This document shows positions 28,988 to 40,676 of a DNA stretch of 64,000 bases, piece by piece; positions within the stretch are counted from its first letter, which is position 1; each line of letters opens with the position of its first letter. Below the pieces are notes generated by a model, which saw nothing but the letters and a program-made list of their open reading frames with translations, had not been told where the DNA came from and did not search any database. The stretch is from Candidatus Latescibacterota bacterium. Lineage in GTDB: Bacteria; Latescibacterota; UBA2968. Location: assembly GCA_965198115.1 (NCBI GenBank), contig OZ240241.1, forward strand, positions 5,120,001 to 5,184,000, read 5' to 3'. The translations under genes and the position numbers were made by a program.

Positions 28988-29200
28988 GAATCCTCCATCG
29001 GTCAGGTCATCGAAACGTCAACGCACTTCACCACAAATGTAAGCAATCACCCGAACAGACGATGTTTCCCCGTTCGACGGGGTGCCGCAGCCTGCGTCAG
29101 AACTCACAGCGTTCCCGCATTCGTCCACGCGGCTTCTAAATTCGCACGAACCTATCGGGCGAAAGCGCCGTCCAATGTTCTATCTGAAATGTTCAATGTT

Positions 29201-30409
29201 CTATGTCAAATGTCGATCGGCAAAGTCCATCCATCTTTCCCAATCGTAGACCGTCACATCGTGTCCACCGGCTCGAATGTGATAGCCGATGCGACTCATC
29301 ACCGGTTCGTGGATGCCGGGCATCGTTTCGGCGTCCAGCCCATCGGTCCCGAGCAAGCGGTACACGGGGTCCGCGAACCGGGCGGCCAGAAACTCGCCCT
29401 TCGGATCCGCCCATCCATCATCCTCGGCACTCGTCACGTAGACAGGGCGTGGGGCGGCCAGGGCGATCAGCATGTGCTGGTCGACCGGCAGGGCATCCTC
29501 ATTCTCGTTGTACTGACGGAAATTGTCGCAGAACCAATGGGGGAACGAATCGTTGATGCGACCGACCGTCTCGCCGAACCGGCGCCGGGAAAGGGCAGCG
29601 CCCCCACATCCAGAATCGTTCGAAATCACGATCGCAAAACGCTCATCCCGTGCGCCCGCCCAGAGCGCCGTCTTCCCCAATCGCGAATGCCCCATCACGG
29701 CAACGCGCGAGGCATCGATATCATCATCCGTCTCGAAGTAGTCGAGCGCGCGACTCAGGCCCCAGGCCCACGCCCCGATTGCCCCCCACTCATCCGCCTC
29801 AGGCTTCGTCTGCTCCTCATGATAAAACAGGGGATGGACTCCATTCTGGTAGCCATCGTCGTGATCCGGATCCAGATCACCGCAGTAGACCGTGGCAACC
29901 CCGTATCCTCGTGCGACGATCGACTCGACCGCCCAGCGACCCGATGACGTTCCACGCGCAGTTTCCGTCGAGCGATGATCGACGACCCCATCCCCCTTCT
30001 CGCGCATCCACTCGTCCGACATGACGATCTCGGGATCGTTCTGAACGGTATGATTCCCCTGAAAGTTCAGACCTACAAACATCGGACAGGTCGTCTCTCG
30101 ATCGACCGGTAGATACATCAGGAGATCCATGTAGGGACGGGCATCGTCCGACGTGAAATGCACGCGGACCTGTCGGCGCAGACAGCGTCCTCCGGCTGTT
30201 TTCCCTTCTTCGAGAACGGTATATCGCGCATCGATGGCACCGTTCGGGGTCCGTCCGTAAACGTGTGTTTCGAACAGAGTTAAAATCTCTCTCCGGCGCC
30301 CTTCCCACGCTTCGGCTCCTTCCACCGTGCTTACATCGTCCGACACGAGGGGATCCGGTAATGTGTAATCGGGCACATTGGCTTCGTCGTAGTTGGCCTC
30401 AAACGCCAT
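29201..30409 (-). CDS. CE15 glucuronoyl esterase-like / acetylxylan esterase
   Basis: [28 protein letters not shown] nucleophile, SGCGG and LPVDQH motifs. Confidence 0.92.
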   Translation of the reverse strand: MAFEANYDEANVPDYTLPDPLVSDDVSTVEGAEAWEGRRREILTLFETHVYGRTPNGAIDARYTVLEEGKTAGGRCLRRQVRVHFTSDDARPYMDLLMYLPVDRETTCPMFVGLNFQGNHTVQNDPEIVMSDEWMREKGDGVVDHRSTETARGTSSGRWAVESIVARGYGVATVYCGDLDPDHDDGYQNGVHPLFYHEEQTKPEADEWGAIGAWAWGLSRALDYFETDDDIDASRVAVMGHSRLGKTALWAGARDERFAIVISNDSGCGGAALSRRRFGETVGRINDSFPHWFCDNFRQYNENEDALPVDQHMLIALAAPRPVYVTSAEDDGWADPKGEFLAARFADPVYRLLGTDGLDAETMPGIHEPVMSRIGYHIRAGGHDVTVYDWERWMDFADRHLT

Positions 30410-30413
30410 TCCG

Positions 30414-31079
30414 TCAATCCTCTAAACCGATCGCCCACCGGATGCAGCCCGTGATGTGATCCAGGAACCAGTCCTGATGCCACAGAACATCGGGATGGCC
30501 GAGTGCAGTATACATCACCCGCCCCTTCCCATACGCGTGGCACCACCCCATCGCATAGTCGTGATCTTCCCGATTCCCCTTTGCCAGATCGACGGTGTCG
30601 TTGTCGATTCGCATCAACACCCGTGTCTTGTCGCGATCCCAGTTCTTGAACGTGTAGATCTCGTCCACGACCGTGAATCGATCGCCCAGCATCCGTGTGG
30701 CCGGATGATCGCCGTCCTCCACGATGACCCCCACTTCCTGGTGCCACGGATGACCGCTGAACCACCCCCCGAGCATCTCTGCGTACTCCGGCCAATCATA
30801 GCACGTATCCGTGGCGTTGTGGACACCCAGAAACCCTTTGCCGTTCCTCACGAACGACAGAACCGACTCCCTCTGCTCATCCGTAAAAGCCAGGTTGCCC
30901 GTCGTCGCAAAGATTAGCAGATCCAGGTCCCCAAGCGCCTCGGGCGTCACCTTGTCAAGCCTGTGCGTCGTTCGTATTTCCCAGTCGTGCTTCTGAGCCA
31001 AGCCCTTGAACGCGACCTCCGCATCGGGCAAATACGAGTGCTCGAAGCCGGCCGAATGACGCAGCATCAATGCTTTCAT
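30414..31079 (-). CDS. ThuA-like domain protein
   Basis: [21 protein letters not shown] and [12 protein letters not shown] motifs. Confidence 0.9.
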   Translation of the reverse strand: MKALMLRHSAGFEHSYLPDAEVAFKGLAQKHDWEIRTTHRLDKVTPEALGDLDLLIFATTGNLAFTDEQRESVLSFVRNGKGFLGVHNATDTCYDWPEYAEMLGGWFSGHPWHQEVGVIVEDGDHPATRMLGDRFTVVDEIYTFKNWDRDKTRVLMRIDNDTVDLAKGNREDHDYAMGWCHAYGKGRVMYTALGHPDVLWHQDWFLDHITGCIRWAIGLED

Positions 31080-31083
31080 CGAT

Positions 31084-31947
31084 TCACTTACCTTCCGAAC
31101 TATGGCTTTTGTAAAGCGTTTCGATCCATCGATCCGTCGAGATGAAACGCCAGGACCACGACGACCACTTCTCGGGCAGACCGGCGGCCTTCGCCTGATC
31201 CAACGTCATCCCAGACGCAACCTTGTCCCGAATCAATCCCGACGTCTCCTTCAGCATCCCGATATAAGTCGCGAGATCTTTCTTCGTTGAAAGTGGGCCG
31301 TGTCCGGGGATGATTCTGTCACCATCCGTGGCGTGTCCGTAAACGGTTTCGACCGCCTGGAGGTAACCGTCCAGCGTGCCCCCACTGTCGAGATCGATGT
31401 AGGGGAACATGCCCGAGAAGAACAGGTCACCTGCGTGGATCACGTTCGAACCGGTAAAGTGGATCACCGCATCGCCGTCGGTGTGGGCATTCGGATAATG
31501 GCTGGCGCGGATGGCCTCACCGTTTAAGTGGATTGTCAGCGACTGATCGAACGTGATTTCAGGCAACGCGTGTGCCGGCAACGCTTCTCCATCTTCCCGT
31601 TGTTCGATCAATCTATGACGTACGTTCGTATGTGAAACGATCGTTGCATCCCTCCCGAATTCGGGATTCCCGCCCGTGTGGTCCCCGTGGTAGTGGGTGT
31701 TCAGTACGAAGATCGGTGCGGTTCCCCCTAATTCCTGAATCGCCGCCAGAATCTTGCCTGCCAACGGAGCGAACTTGTCGTCGACCATCAGCACGCCATC
31801 CGGGCCAACGGAAACGCCGATGTTGCCGCCGGGCCCAGAGAGCACGTGGATGCTTCCCGCCACATGCGTCGTCACGATCTCCTGTCCGTTGACCGAACTG
31901 GTCAGCAACAGAAGTGCGATTGCAGGGATGTAGCTTTTGTATCGCAT
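31084..31947 (-). CDS. MBL-fold metallo-hydrolase (cyclase-like), secreted
   Basis: Signal peptide; GGNIG, NTHYHGDHTGGN, HTDGD and IPGHG motifs. Confidence 0.92.
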   Translation of the reverse strand: MRYKSYIPAIALLLLTSSVNGQEIVTTHVAGSIHVLSGPGGNIGVSVGPDGVLMVDDKFAPLAGKILAAIQELGGTAPIFVLNTHYHGDHTGGNPEFGRDATIVSHTNVRHRLIEQREDGEALPAHALPEITFDQSLTIHLNGEAIRASHYPNAHTDGDAVIHFTGSNVIHAGDLFFSGMFPYIDLDSGGTLDGYLQAVETVYGHATDGDRIIPGHGPLSTKKDLATYIGMLKETSGLIRDKVASGMTLDQAKAAGLPEKWSSWSWRFISTDRWIETLYKSHSSEGK

Positions 31948-32149
31948 CGTTCGATCTCCTGCGTTATGCGTTGGCCATCGTCCGTTTGTCGTTCATCTCT
32001 TCTGACCTCTGACCGTTGTCATCTGCAATGCTGTGGGCCCTAGCATTGGGCGAAGCGCCGTTCGACCCGGAGTTTATCCCGAGCGAAGTCGAGGGGCCCA
32101 CGATTTCCGCGATAGGGGCGAAGCCGTCAACACGTCCACCGTCCACCGT

Positions 32150-33229
32150 CTACAGGTACTTCTCCCCACCTTCTCGCTCCCCAAGCCTGTCCACGACTTC
32201 CCTCACTCGCTGCACCTCATCCCGTGGCACGATCAGCAGGGCGTCACCTGCGTCGACGACACAAAGGTTGTCTACACCGATCAGGGCGATCAGCTTCCCA
32301 TCAGGTGCGTAGACCGTCGATCCCGTCGTATCGAGGGCGATGGTATCGGCTGAGATGAGGTTGCCGTGCTCATCCACCGGCAACACGTCCGCGAGCGCGC
32401 CCCAGCTACCGATATCGCTCCAATCGATGTCCGCCTCGACCACCGCCACACGATCGGCACGTTCCAGAACAGCGTTGTCGACGGCGATCTCGGTGAGCGT
32501 TGGGTAAACGCGTTCCAGCGTCGGCTGCTCCGCATCCGTCCCGACGGTGGCGCTGATCTCCATCAAACCGGCGTGCAAGTCCGGCTCGAACTCCTCGATC
32601 AACTCCAGTACCCGAGCGGCGCGCCAGACGAACATATTGGCATTCCACAGATAGTCGCCCGACGATACATACGACTCGGCCGTGGGTGCGTCGGGCTTCT
32701 CTTCGAACGTGCCCACGCGATAGATGGGTTCGCCCTCGGCTTCGTGGAAAACCTCGCCCTTTTGGATGTAGCCGTAGCCCGTCTCGGGCCGTGTCGGCTT
32801 GACACCGATCAGCACGAGTTCGTCCGGATGATCTTCGACGGTCGCCCCTGCCACCGTCAAAAGCCGGCAGAACTCGCCCGGCTTCCCGATGTGGTGATCG
32901 GAGCCCAGACTCGCGACCGTGCACCCGGGAAAGGCCGATTCCAGGAGCACGCATTCCAACCCGACCGCGGGCCCTGTGTTTCGCAGCGCAGGCTCGACGA
33001 TCAGATGTTCACCCGCGAGATTCGGCAGCTGTTCGCGAACACCTTCGGCAAGCGCAGCGCCTGTCGAGACATACACGTCATCGATCCGTGCGATGGAATC
33101 GACTCTCTCCACCGCCGTCTGGAGCATCGACCGATCGCCGACCAGGGCGTGAAACTGTTTCGGCTTCTCCAGTCTGCTAAAGGGCCAGAGACGTGTTCCG
33201 ATGCCTCCGGCGCGAATCACGAATTTCAT
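32150..33229 (-). CDS. manC: Mannose-1-phosphate guanylyltransferase
   Basis: AGGIGTRLWPFSR..KPKQF, RNTGPA, SDH, PETGYGYI, FEEKP and WSDIGSW motifs. Confidence 0.92.
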   Translation of the reverse strand: MKFVIRAGGIGTRLWPFSRLEKPKQFHALVGDRSMLQTAVERVDSIARIDDVYVSTGAALAEGVREQLPNLAGEHLIVEPALRNTGPAVGLECVLLESAFPGCTVASLGSDHHIGKPGEFCRLLTVAGATVEDHPDELVLIGVKPTRPETGYGYIQKGEVFHEAEGEPIYRVGTFEEKPDAPTAESYVSSGDYLWNANMFVWRAARVLELIEEFEPDLHAGLMEISATVGTDAEQPTLERVYPTLTEIAVDNAVLERADRVAVVEADIDWSDIGSWGALADVLPVDEHGNLISADTIALDTTGSTVYAPDGKLIALIGVDNLCVVDAGDALLIVPRDEVQRVREVVDRLGEREGGEKYL

Positions 33230-33391
33230 CCTCGCTCCTTCTCTGTCGACCTCGTCGACCCTCGGCTTCTCTCGCGAGAAGATCCGAAAGGACACGAGCC
33301 AAGTCAAAAGTGATGGCCCTCCGAACCCAAAAGATAAGAGCCACTCCTCGAAAAGAGCGGCTCAAGAATACAAATCAGCGGCTTCGGGCAA

Positions 33392-33877
33392 TCAGTCGCC
33401 GAGCTTTGGATAATCGAAGAACTCGAACTGGCCGGCGCCAGTCTCGACGGATCCCCAGGATTCGAATCGAGCGCAGAAAATCGCGCACGTCGGCACATTG
33501 TCCACGCAGAAATCCGTCAGAGAATTCGCGAGGTCCGTCATGTCCGGATTGTGCCCGACCATCATCAGAGACGTGATCGCGATGTCGGTCGACCGGGCAA
33601 GACGTATGATCTCATCCGGGCCACCGCCATAGATCGGCTCGGCCACGCTCACATCCCCGTCATAGCCGATCGCCTTGGCGATTTCCATCGTCGTGCGCCG
33701 CGCCCGTTTTGCCGGGCTCGTCACGATCAGATCGGGCTCTACTCCGCGCGCCCTGAGTCGACGCCCCATAGCGGGCGCGTCGCGCTTCCCCCGTTTGTTC
33801 AACGGCCGATCGATATCGGCCATTCCGGGATCCGCCCAACTCGATTTGGCGTGCCTGACTAGATAAAGATTAACCAA
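33392..33877 (-). CDS. sixA: SixA-like phosphohistidine phosphatase
   Basis: RHAKSSW, DRPLNKRG, SPAKRA and VGHNP motifs. Confidence 0.88.
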   Translation of the reverse strand: MVNLYLVRHAKSSWADPGMADIDRPLNKRGKRDAPAMGRRLRARGVEPDLIVTSPAKRARRTTMEIAKAIGYDGDVSVAEPIYGGGPDEIIRLARSTDIAITSLMMVGHNPDMTDLANSLTDFCVDNVPTCAIFCARFESWGSVETGAGQFEFFDYPKLGD

Positions 33878-34008
33878 GAAACTGTTCCCGCTAGATCATG
33901 AACCTGAAGTGTTCGACGCACGTTGCCTTCTGATTGGGATCAGGAACGCGCTCGATCAAGCTGTATTCGGACGACTCTCCCGCACGCATCTTGCGAGATT
34001 CTCCCATC

Positions 34009-34468
34009 TCACTGCTCGTAGACGTTCATCAGATCCGGATCATCCGTCAGATACTGCACGAACTCCCACTCGGTTCCCAGATCGTCGAATATGTAGGACC
34101 TCAGCCTTGCCCCTTCACCTTCTTCGAGCAGATCCCCAGCAGCATCGCATTGAGATCTTCATCCTTGTCGATCAGTCTGTTGATCCCACGCCCATCGTAT
34201 ATGGCGAGCGCTTCCATCTCCGTGCTGAAGTCACGATGCGGCACGCCTACCTTAACCACCGCCTCCTCGCCATTCGGCAGCTCGGCGTAGCCTACGTAAT
34301 TGCCCTTGATCTCCTCCGTCGCCGGTCCCAGCGTCAATCCCCACTTGTCCCGACACTGCCTCAAGATGTCCGGCAACGCATCCAACCAGACCCGGCCCTT
34401 GTCACCCCATCCTCCGATGGCAAAGTCGATCAGTCGCTGTGGGAATTCTGGATCTTCGGGTTGGCCAT
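34009..34468 (-). pseudogene. Deletion fusion of an APH(6)-like kinase N-terminus and a VOC/glyoxalase-like C-terminus
   Basis: WLDALP...WGL...AVVKV...EMEAL...AMLL breaks off near 34140. Another frame then gives RSYIFDDLGTEWEFVQYL...YEQ*. Confidence 0.6.
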
Positions 34469-34587
34469 TGCCACCTGCGTCCTTCAACGTTACGTGGGGC
34501 TGAAGCCCCACGCTATGCTGCGAAGCCGGCTAGATCAGATATCGGATCTCTCTACTCGGCAATCTGATATCGCCTTGTTCCCCGCTT

Positions 34588-35457
34588 CTATCCCTTCCAC
34601 CCCGTGTCGATGCTCGTGTAGCCTTCGGTGTAACGCCTCAGGTGATCCGGGATTTCCTCGAGGAAGCGTTTCCCCGACTCTGGAATCTCCCACGGCACAT
34701 CGATCTCGTGGTTTCGGTCTCGAAAACCGAGCGCACAGGACAATCGGACCTCATCCAGCGTGTTCGGGAATGCTCCGTGGTACGTCCGATGAGCGAACAC
34801 GATCATATCGCCAGGATTCGTAAAGAGCGGCACCAGACCAGGAATGTCGAACCCGGCATATCGGCTTTCTTCCTCATCCGCCGGGTAAAACGACCTGTTG
34901 TCCTCCGTCATCTTGAATCCCTGGGGCCCTTCCCAGCACTCGACGTGCGAGTCCTCGATCACGCACAGCCCACCGTGCACCGGACGCGACCCCGTGATGT
35001 AAAACCACTTGCCCGACGGCCAGAGCCCGCGATTCAGGACGTCTCCCGAACTCTTCGGCGGCCCGTCATCGAACCCGCACCAGTCTGTGTGCCACCCGAC
35101 AGGTTGCGAGCCCGGCATCCGAATGATCGCTGCCGACCGATGCACCGTCAGATCTTCCGTTCCGATCAGGTGGCGATGGATCCTCATGAACGGTTCGTGT
35201 TCCATCAGCAACCACGCCTTCGGACCGGATTCGACCCAGGCATGACGTGTTCTGCTTTCACCCCGCTTGAGTGTCCGATCCGGATCCGTCCCTTCCCACA
35301 CTCCCTCCTTCAGCCTCTCCACAATGTCCTCAGACAACACATCCTTGACGATCGCAAACCCGTGCGCCTCCAGACACGCCGTCATCGCGTCCAGTTCATC
35401 CACCGAAAACTCGTATCGATACCCGAGGTCCGGCTTTTCAATGCTCGCTTGATCCAT
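34588..35457 (-). CDS. PhyH family dioxygenase
   Basis: LEAHGF, WHTD, GGLCVIEDSH and PGDMIVFAHRTYHGA motifs. Confidence 0.88.
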   Translation of the reverse strand: MDQASIEKPDLGYRYEFSVDELDAMTACLEAHGFAIVKDVLSEDIVERLKEGVWEGTDPDRTLKRGESRTRHAWVESGPKAWLLMEHEPFMRIHRHLIGTEDLTVHRSAAIIRMPGSQPVGWHTDWCGFDDGPPKSSGDVLNRGLWPSGKWFYITGSRPVHGGLCVIEDSHVECWEGPQGFKMTEDNRSFYPADEEESRYAGFDIPGLVPLFTNPGDMIVFAHRTYHGAFPNTLDEVRLSCALGFRDRNHEIDVPWEIPESGKRFLEEIPDHLRRYTEGYTSIDTGWKG

Positions 35458-35584
35458 CGCCTGCTCCGTTGTCAGCCTCTCTGGTCAATTGTCACTGATC
35501 ACCAGTCATTGGTCATCGGCCCGCTCTCGCCTTACACAATCAGCCTACCAGGCCAATTCTCGATTCTCGATCTTCGATTCTCGA

Positions 35585-37099
35585 TCACTTCGCCCACGTC
35601 GGAACGTTCCCCGTCACGCCCAACAGGGGCACGGCGACCAGGACCATCACGAGGGACAACACCACGACACTCATCAGGTTCAACCAGAACCCCGTCTTCG
35701 ACATCTCGGGAATCGTCACGCGGCCACTTCCGAAGATCACCGCATTCGGTCCCGTACCCGACGGCAGCATAAAAGCGCACGAGCAAGCGAACGTGGCCGG
35801 AATCATCAGCAGGAAGGGATGCATCTTCCCGGCAATGGCCATCGTCGCGAGCACGGGCAGAAAAATGTTAGCCGTTGCGGTGTTGGAATTGATTTCCGTG
35901 ATGAACGTCATAAACAGAATGACGAGGAGAATGATCACGGCCAGTGGCAAAACCCCGATGAAGGCCAGTTGTATGCCAAGCCAGTCCGCCAGACCTGTTG
36001 ACGCAAAGCTCTTCGCGATGGCGTAGCCACCCCCCACGATCAAGACGACCCCCCACGGAACGCTCTGAGCTTCCTGCCACGTGATCAACCTCCGCTGCTC
36101 GCCCGAGGCCGTTCGGCCTGCCGGCAGGAGAAAAAGGATGACAGCCGCGAAGACCGCCACCGTCGAGTCGTGAACTTGATCGACGACGTCGAGCAGCGTC
36201 GACCAACCTGGAATGTGCAGAGTGCCGAAAATGAGATCCTTACGGAAGATCCATCCAAGCCCCGTCAGCACGAACACCGTCAGCACCCGCTGCTCCGCCT
36301 GGCTCATTCGCCCCAATCCGGACAGCTCGGTCCGGATCACATCGTCGCTACCCGCAAACGTGCCCTCGACGCCGTGAAACCAGGCCAGATACAGCCACGT
36401 GATCGGCAGGAACAGGATCACGAAGGGGATTCCGATCTGCATCCACTCGAAGAAGCTGATATCCGGCCCATTCGGGTAGAGGGTCTTCACCATTCCGACG
36501 AAAACCATATTGGGCGGCGTTCCCACCAGCGATCCCGTGCCCCCGATGCTCGCTGCGTGGGCGACCGCCAGCATCAGCGCCAAACCGAAGTGACTCCCCG
36601 ACCCATCGCGTGCCGCTTCCGGGTCCGCGGCCTCTTCCCGCGCGATCACCGCCACGGCGATCGGCAACATCAGCAACGTCACGGCGACATTGGCGATCCA
36701 CATCGACAGCAATGCCGTCGCGACCATAAAACTGAGCATAATGCGTCGGCGACTCGTTCCGATCCGGGCGATGAGAACCAGGGCGATGCGTCTGTGAAGA
36801 TTGTGAACCTCGAAAGCCTTCGCGATGAAGAAACCGGCCAGCAGCATCAGCACATAATTGTGGCCATAATTGACCGCCGTCGTCCGGGCATCCAGAATGC
36901 CCAGCAGCGGAAAGATCGCCATCGGAACGAGCGCAGTCACCGAAATCGGAATCGCTTCCGTCATCCACCAAACCGCCATCAACAACGTGACGGTTGCCGC
37001 CCGCATTCCCATCTCACCCAAGCCAGCGGGCGCAGGAGCGATACACAGAACCGCAAAAGCCGCGATTCCGCCAATCAATCCGACCTGTTCACGCGTCAA
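35585..37099 (-). CDS. DASS/SLC13 sodium:dicarboxylate or sulfate symporter
   Basis: WWMTEAIP, SMWIAN, GGTGSLVGTPPN, TEINSNTA and FMLPSGTGPNA motifs. Confidence 0.93.
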   Translation of the reverse strand: MTREQVGLIGGIAAFAVLCIAPAPAGLGEMGMRAATVTLLMAVWWMTEAIPISVTALVPMAIFPLLGILDARTTAVNYGHNYVLMLLAGFFIAKAFEVHNLHRRIALVLIARIGTSRRRIMLSFMVATALLSMWIANVAVTLLMLPIAVAVIAREEAADPEAARDGSGSHFGLALMLAVAHAASIGGTGSLVGTPPNMVFVGMVKTLYPNGPDISFFEWMQIGIPFVILFLPITWLYLAWFHGVEGTFAGSDDVIRTELSGLGRMSQAEQRVLTVFVLTGLGWIFRKDLIFGTLHIPGWSTLLDVVDQVHDSTVAVFAAVILFLLPAGRTASGEQRRLITWQEAQSVPWGVVLIVGGGYAIAKSFASTGLADWLGIQLAFIGVLPLAVIILLVILFMTFITEINSNTATANIFLPVLATMAIAGKMHPFLLMIPATFACSCAFMLPSGTGPNAVIFGSGRVTIPEMSKTGFWLNLMSVVVLSLVMVLVAVPLLGVTGNVPTWAK

Positions 37100-37366
37100 T
37101 CGACCTCCTCAGATTCGTGGATCGCGCAATATAGCACCGCGACCGTGACTTCGCTTCGATCACCCAGATTGAACCTGATCCCAGACGAAAGAAGCCCCCC
37201 CGCAGACGAAGATCGCCTTTTTTTATTCTCACCTTGCATCTCAAGCTCTGTCTTGTCTAAGTATCTTAAACTCCGATTCGGCCGTATATTAACAGGCAAT
37301 TTGCCCGTTTCATCCATCCGGCAAAAGGATCTCTTGAATTCCTAATTCCCTAATTTCCTAATTCTA

Positions 37367-38107
37367 ATGCCTCCAACCCCCAACGCATTCAGCGTCCTCG
37401 TCGTGATGGACGACGTCTACGCACAAAAAGCGCTCACGGAATACGCCCACAACGCCGGTTACCGATCATCCGGCGTGGCAGAGGCCCGCAAAGCCGCCGC
37501 AACGATCGCGCAAAACCCCATTCATCTGATCATCGTCGATGTCGGAAAGAAGGCAGGCAAGGAATTCGTCGAAGCCATCAAAAAACACAAGCCGGAGCTT
37601 CTCGCCCTTGGCCTGGTCGACGAGGTGCCTGACGTCGATGAACAGGCCGAAGACATTGTGAATGGCTACCTCGTCCGGCCGGTGACCCAGGAAATGGTGA
37701 CCGATCAGCTCAATGAGTTGCTGCTCAAAGAAGAGGAAGAGGGTCCGCCCGCGCAGGTGGTCGTCATCGACGATGACGCGAACGCGGTGACCGCCGTCGA
37801 GCACGTCCTGCAGGTTCGAGGATTCGTAGTACGGGGATTCCAGGATCCCGGCGAGGGTCTCGAATCGATCCTGGCCGATCCGCCCGATGTGATCATCCTC
37901 GATGTCGAAATGCCCCACACCACGGGGTTCGAAGTGCTGGAATCCATCCAGCAGAACCCCGATACCGCCGACATTCCAGTCCTCATTTTCACGTCCGATC
38001 CCTCCAGAGACAACGTTCAAAAGACCATTCAGGGGGGTGCCCAGGGCTTCCTCGCCAAACCCTTCGAACCCAAAGGCCTCACAGAAAAAGTCCGCAGCCT
38101 CCTGTAG
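37367..38107 (+). CDS. Response regulator with two receiver domains
   Basis: Degenerate N-terminal REC (IIVDV, LVRP); canonical C-terminal REC (IDDD, ILDVEMP, FTS, KPF). Confidence 0.88.
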   Translation: MPPTPNAFSVLVVMDDVYAQKALTEYAHNAGYRSSGVAEARKAAATIAQNPIHLIIVDVGKKAGKEFVEAIKKHKPELLALGLVDEVPDVDEQAEDIVNGYLVRPVTQEMVTDQLNELLLKEEEEGPPAQVVVIDDDANAVTAVEHVLQVRGFVVRGFQDPGEGLESILADPPDVIILDVEMPHTTGFEVLESIQQNPDTADIPVLIFTSDPSRDNVQKTIQGGAQGFLAKPFEPKGLTEKVRSLL

Positions 38108-38223
38108 TAGGCCTTCTCCCCTTTCGCAGAACGATATCCGAGATCCGATTGAAGAAATCAGATCTCAGACGTCCCAAATCTGATTTCTGACATCGTCGTG
38201 CCCGCACCGTCAACCGTCCACTG

Positions 38224-39719
38224 TTAGTCGTCCTCCCGCATCCACTCCAGCTGCGGCCACCGCAACGGACCCGTATTCGCCCGCGGCATCCCGGGCGTAC
38301 TCCTCCCCTCTCCTTCACATACCTCGTCAGCAATGCGGTGAGTGCCTCGACAACCTCGGGGTGGTCACCGCAGACGTTTACCCGTTCCGAGATGTCTGCA
38401 TCGAGGTCGTAGAGCTGGATCGAAGGCGCTCCCTCCGGCTCGTCACCCGGCTTCGGATAACTCCAGCCGCCAGATCCCGGGCACAATTCCAGCTTCCAAC
38501 GACCCTGTCGTATGGAAAACGAGCCGTTCACTGAATGATGAACCGTTGCTTCTCTCAAGGGGCCGATCGCTTCGCCACGCCACGCCCCAAGAAGACTGAC
38601 GCTGTCCTCGGCTGAATCCTCTTCGAGATCGACGTTCAGAATCTTCGCCATCGTAGCCATCAGATCCACGAGGCAGACCGTTTCGTCATACGTCGATCCC
38701 GGCGGGATCTTTTCAGGCCATCGAACGAGATGCGGGATGCGATGTCCCCCTTCGTAGATGTCCGCCTTGTGTCCGCGAAAGTGATAGCTCGGGCGATGAC
38801 CCAGTGACGCCAGGTGCGTGAAATCCGCGCGGGGCGAACATCCGTTGTCTGCAGCGAACACGACGATCGTCTGATCGGTCAGATCGTTCGCCTCGAGCGA
38901 ATCCAGAATCCGCCCGACCGTATCGTCAACCTGCAAACAGAAGTCGCCATAGGCGTTCGTACCCGATTTTCCACGAAAGGCCGGCGTCGGCAAGATCGGC
39001 GTATGAGGCGCGGGCAGCGGCAGATACAGGAAGAACGGCTCGGTCTTGTGGCTCTCGATGTACGCGACCGCACGGTCGGTCAGCGTGGGAAGCACTTCCT
39101 CGTGTACGAAATCGGGCACCGTCGGCCCTTCCCGCCAGAACGCCATTCCCTGGTCCTTCGTCACACGATCGGGCGCGGCCGTAGGACGGTCGTCTTCGAC
39201 ATACACGTAAGGTGGCATATCCAATGAAGCCGCGATCCCGAAATAGTGATCGAAACCTCGGGTGGTCGGGCCATTTGAGATCGGCTTTGAAAATTCCACA
39301 TCCTCCCCTCCGGACGGAGCTGCCTCGCTCTGCTCTACTTCTCCCTTGCTCCCTGCTTCCGCGCCCCCCTGCCGCCTTCCCCACGACCAACCGAGGTGCC
39401 ACTTTCCAAAACACGCCGTGCGATACCCCATTTGGCGGAGCATCTCTCCCACAGTCAGCCGACCCTCTTCGATCAACGCCTCAGAATACCCCCACGTCAC
39501 ACCGTGCTTCAGCGTCGACCGCCAGTTGTAGCGGCCCGTCAAAAGACTATAGCGGGACGGCGTACACACCGCCGACGTCGAGTGGGCATCCGTGAAAGCC
39601 ATTCCACCCGATCTCAGTCGATCAAGATGCCGCGTATGGAATTTCGACTCCGGATTCAGACATGACAGATCGCCGTATCCCATATCGTCGGCCAGGATAT
39701 AGACAAGATTTGGTTTCAA
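38224..39719 (-). CDS. Arylsulfatase (Cys-type); frameshift ~30 codons before the end
   Basis: PNLVYILADDMGYGD, CTPSRYSLLTGR, GKWHLG, DNG and EGGHRIP motifs. The expected tail GRSTPG...WPQLEWMREDD* is out of frame after ~38310. Confidence 0.9.
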
Positions 39720-39927
39720 AAGCCCTCCGAGTTCAACCCTGGATGCTCGAGATTCTATTTTTCGGCCGGTGTTGCCAAAATTCACACCTGTGTTGGCCCC
39801 GCTTCAGAGCGAAACCACCCCATTCGTCAAGAACCGCGTCGTTGACGGCTTTCCGCATCTGGCACCCAACTTGCAATGTCGAGGTCCGACCACGCAGGAT
39901 TCAACCAAACACTGCCGGAGGCAACAG

Positions 39928-40524
39928 ATGAGAACACGACTTTTTACCGCCGCTCTTTCATTCGCGCTTCTTCTTCCTACGGGATCGCTCGAGGCCAGGA
40001 CCCTCGATCAGACCCTGGGTCTCGATCAATCCCAGAACGCGGTCGCCCCCCAGCCGGGGGCGCTGATGTTCAAAGACCCGATGATCGCGGGTCTGATGAG
40101 TGCGACGTTGCCGGGACTCGGTCAGGTCTACGCGGGACAGCGTAAGCGAGGTCTCCTATTCTTCATTGGCACGGTTAGCGCCCTCGGCACGGCCGTAGCC
40201 CTCGCGGAGCCCGCGAACCTCGACCTGTCGGACTACGATCGGGGCGTCAACGGGGGCAACGACGATGGACTGCTGAGCGCCGATGAGATTGCGAGCTGGG
40301 AAAACGGGGAATCCCAGGATGATGCCTTCGACCGCCTGAGCGGTGGGAGAAAAGCGGGCGTCATCACCTCCGGTGTGATCGGACTGGGGCTCTACGTCTG
40401 GAACATCTTCGACGCAAAAAGCGCGGCGAAAGCGCACAACGAAAAAGCGCTGGCTCGCCGGTTCGAGCTGGGTCTGGTTCAAAGCGGTGATCGAACCGGG
40501 CTGGCGTTGAACATCAACTTCTAA
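39928..40524 (+). CDS. Hypothetical exported/membrane protein (PGLGQ motif, TM2/DUF5683-like)
   Basis: Signal peptide, KDPMIAGLMSATLPGLGQVYAG, YVWNIFDA and terminal Phe. RBS GGAGG. Confidence 0.7.
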   Translation: MRTRLFTAALSFALLLPTGSLEARTLDQTLGLDQSQNAVAPQPGALMFKDPMIAGLMSATLPGLGQVYAGQRKRGLLFFIGTVSALGTAVALAEPANLDLSDYDRGVNGGNDDGLLSADEIASWENGESQDDAFDRLSGGRKAGVITSGVIGLGLYVWNIFDAKSAAKAHNEKALARRFELGLVQSGDRTGLALNINF

Positions 40525-40631
40525 TCATTTCAAAAGACCATCGCTACAGCCCCCGGGCAGAGCTCTGGGCAGAGCCCAGGGGCGAGTGACACGCATTACG
40601 TATTCTTTGTAAAAGTAAGACGCTGCACTCG

Positions 40632-40665
40632 TCCCCGTGCGGAGCAATAGTGCTCCGCACGGGGA
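40632..40665. repeat. Perfect 15-bp-stem hairpin of the CCCCGTGC REP family
   Basis: TCCCCGTGCGGAGCA-ATAG-TGCTCCGCACGGGGA between convergent genes. Confidence 0.75.
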
Positions 40666-40676
40666 TGCTGTTTGCT

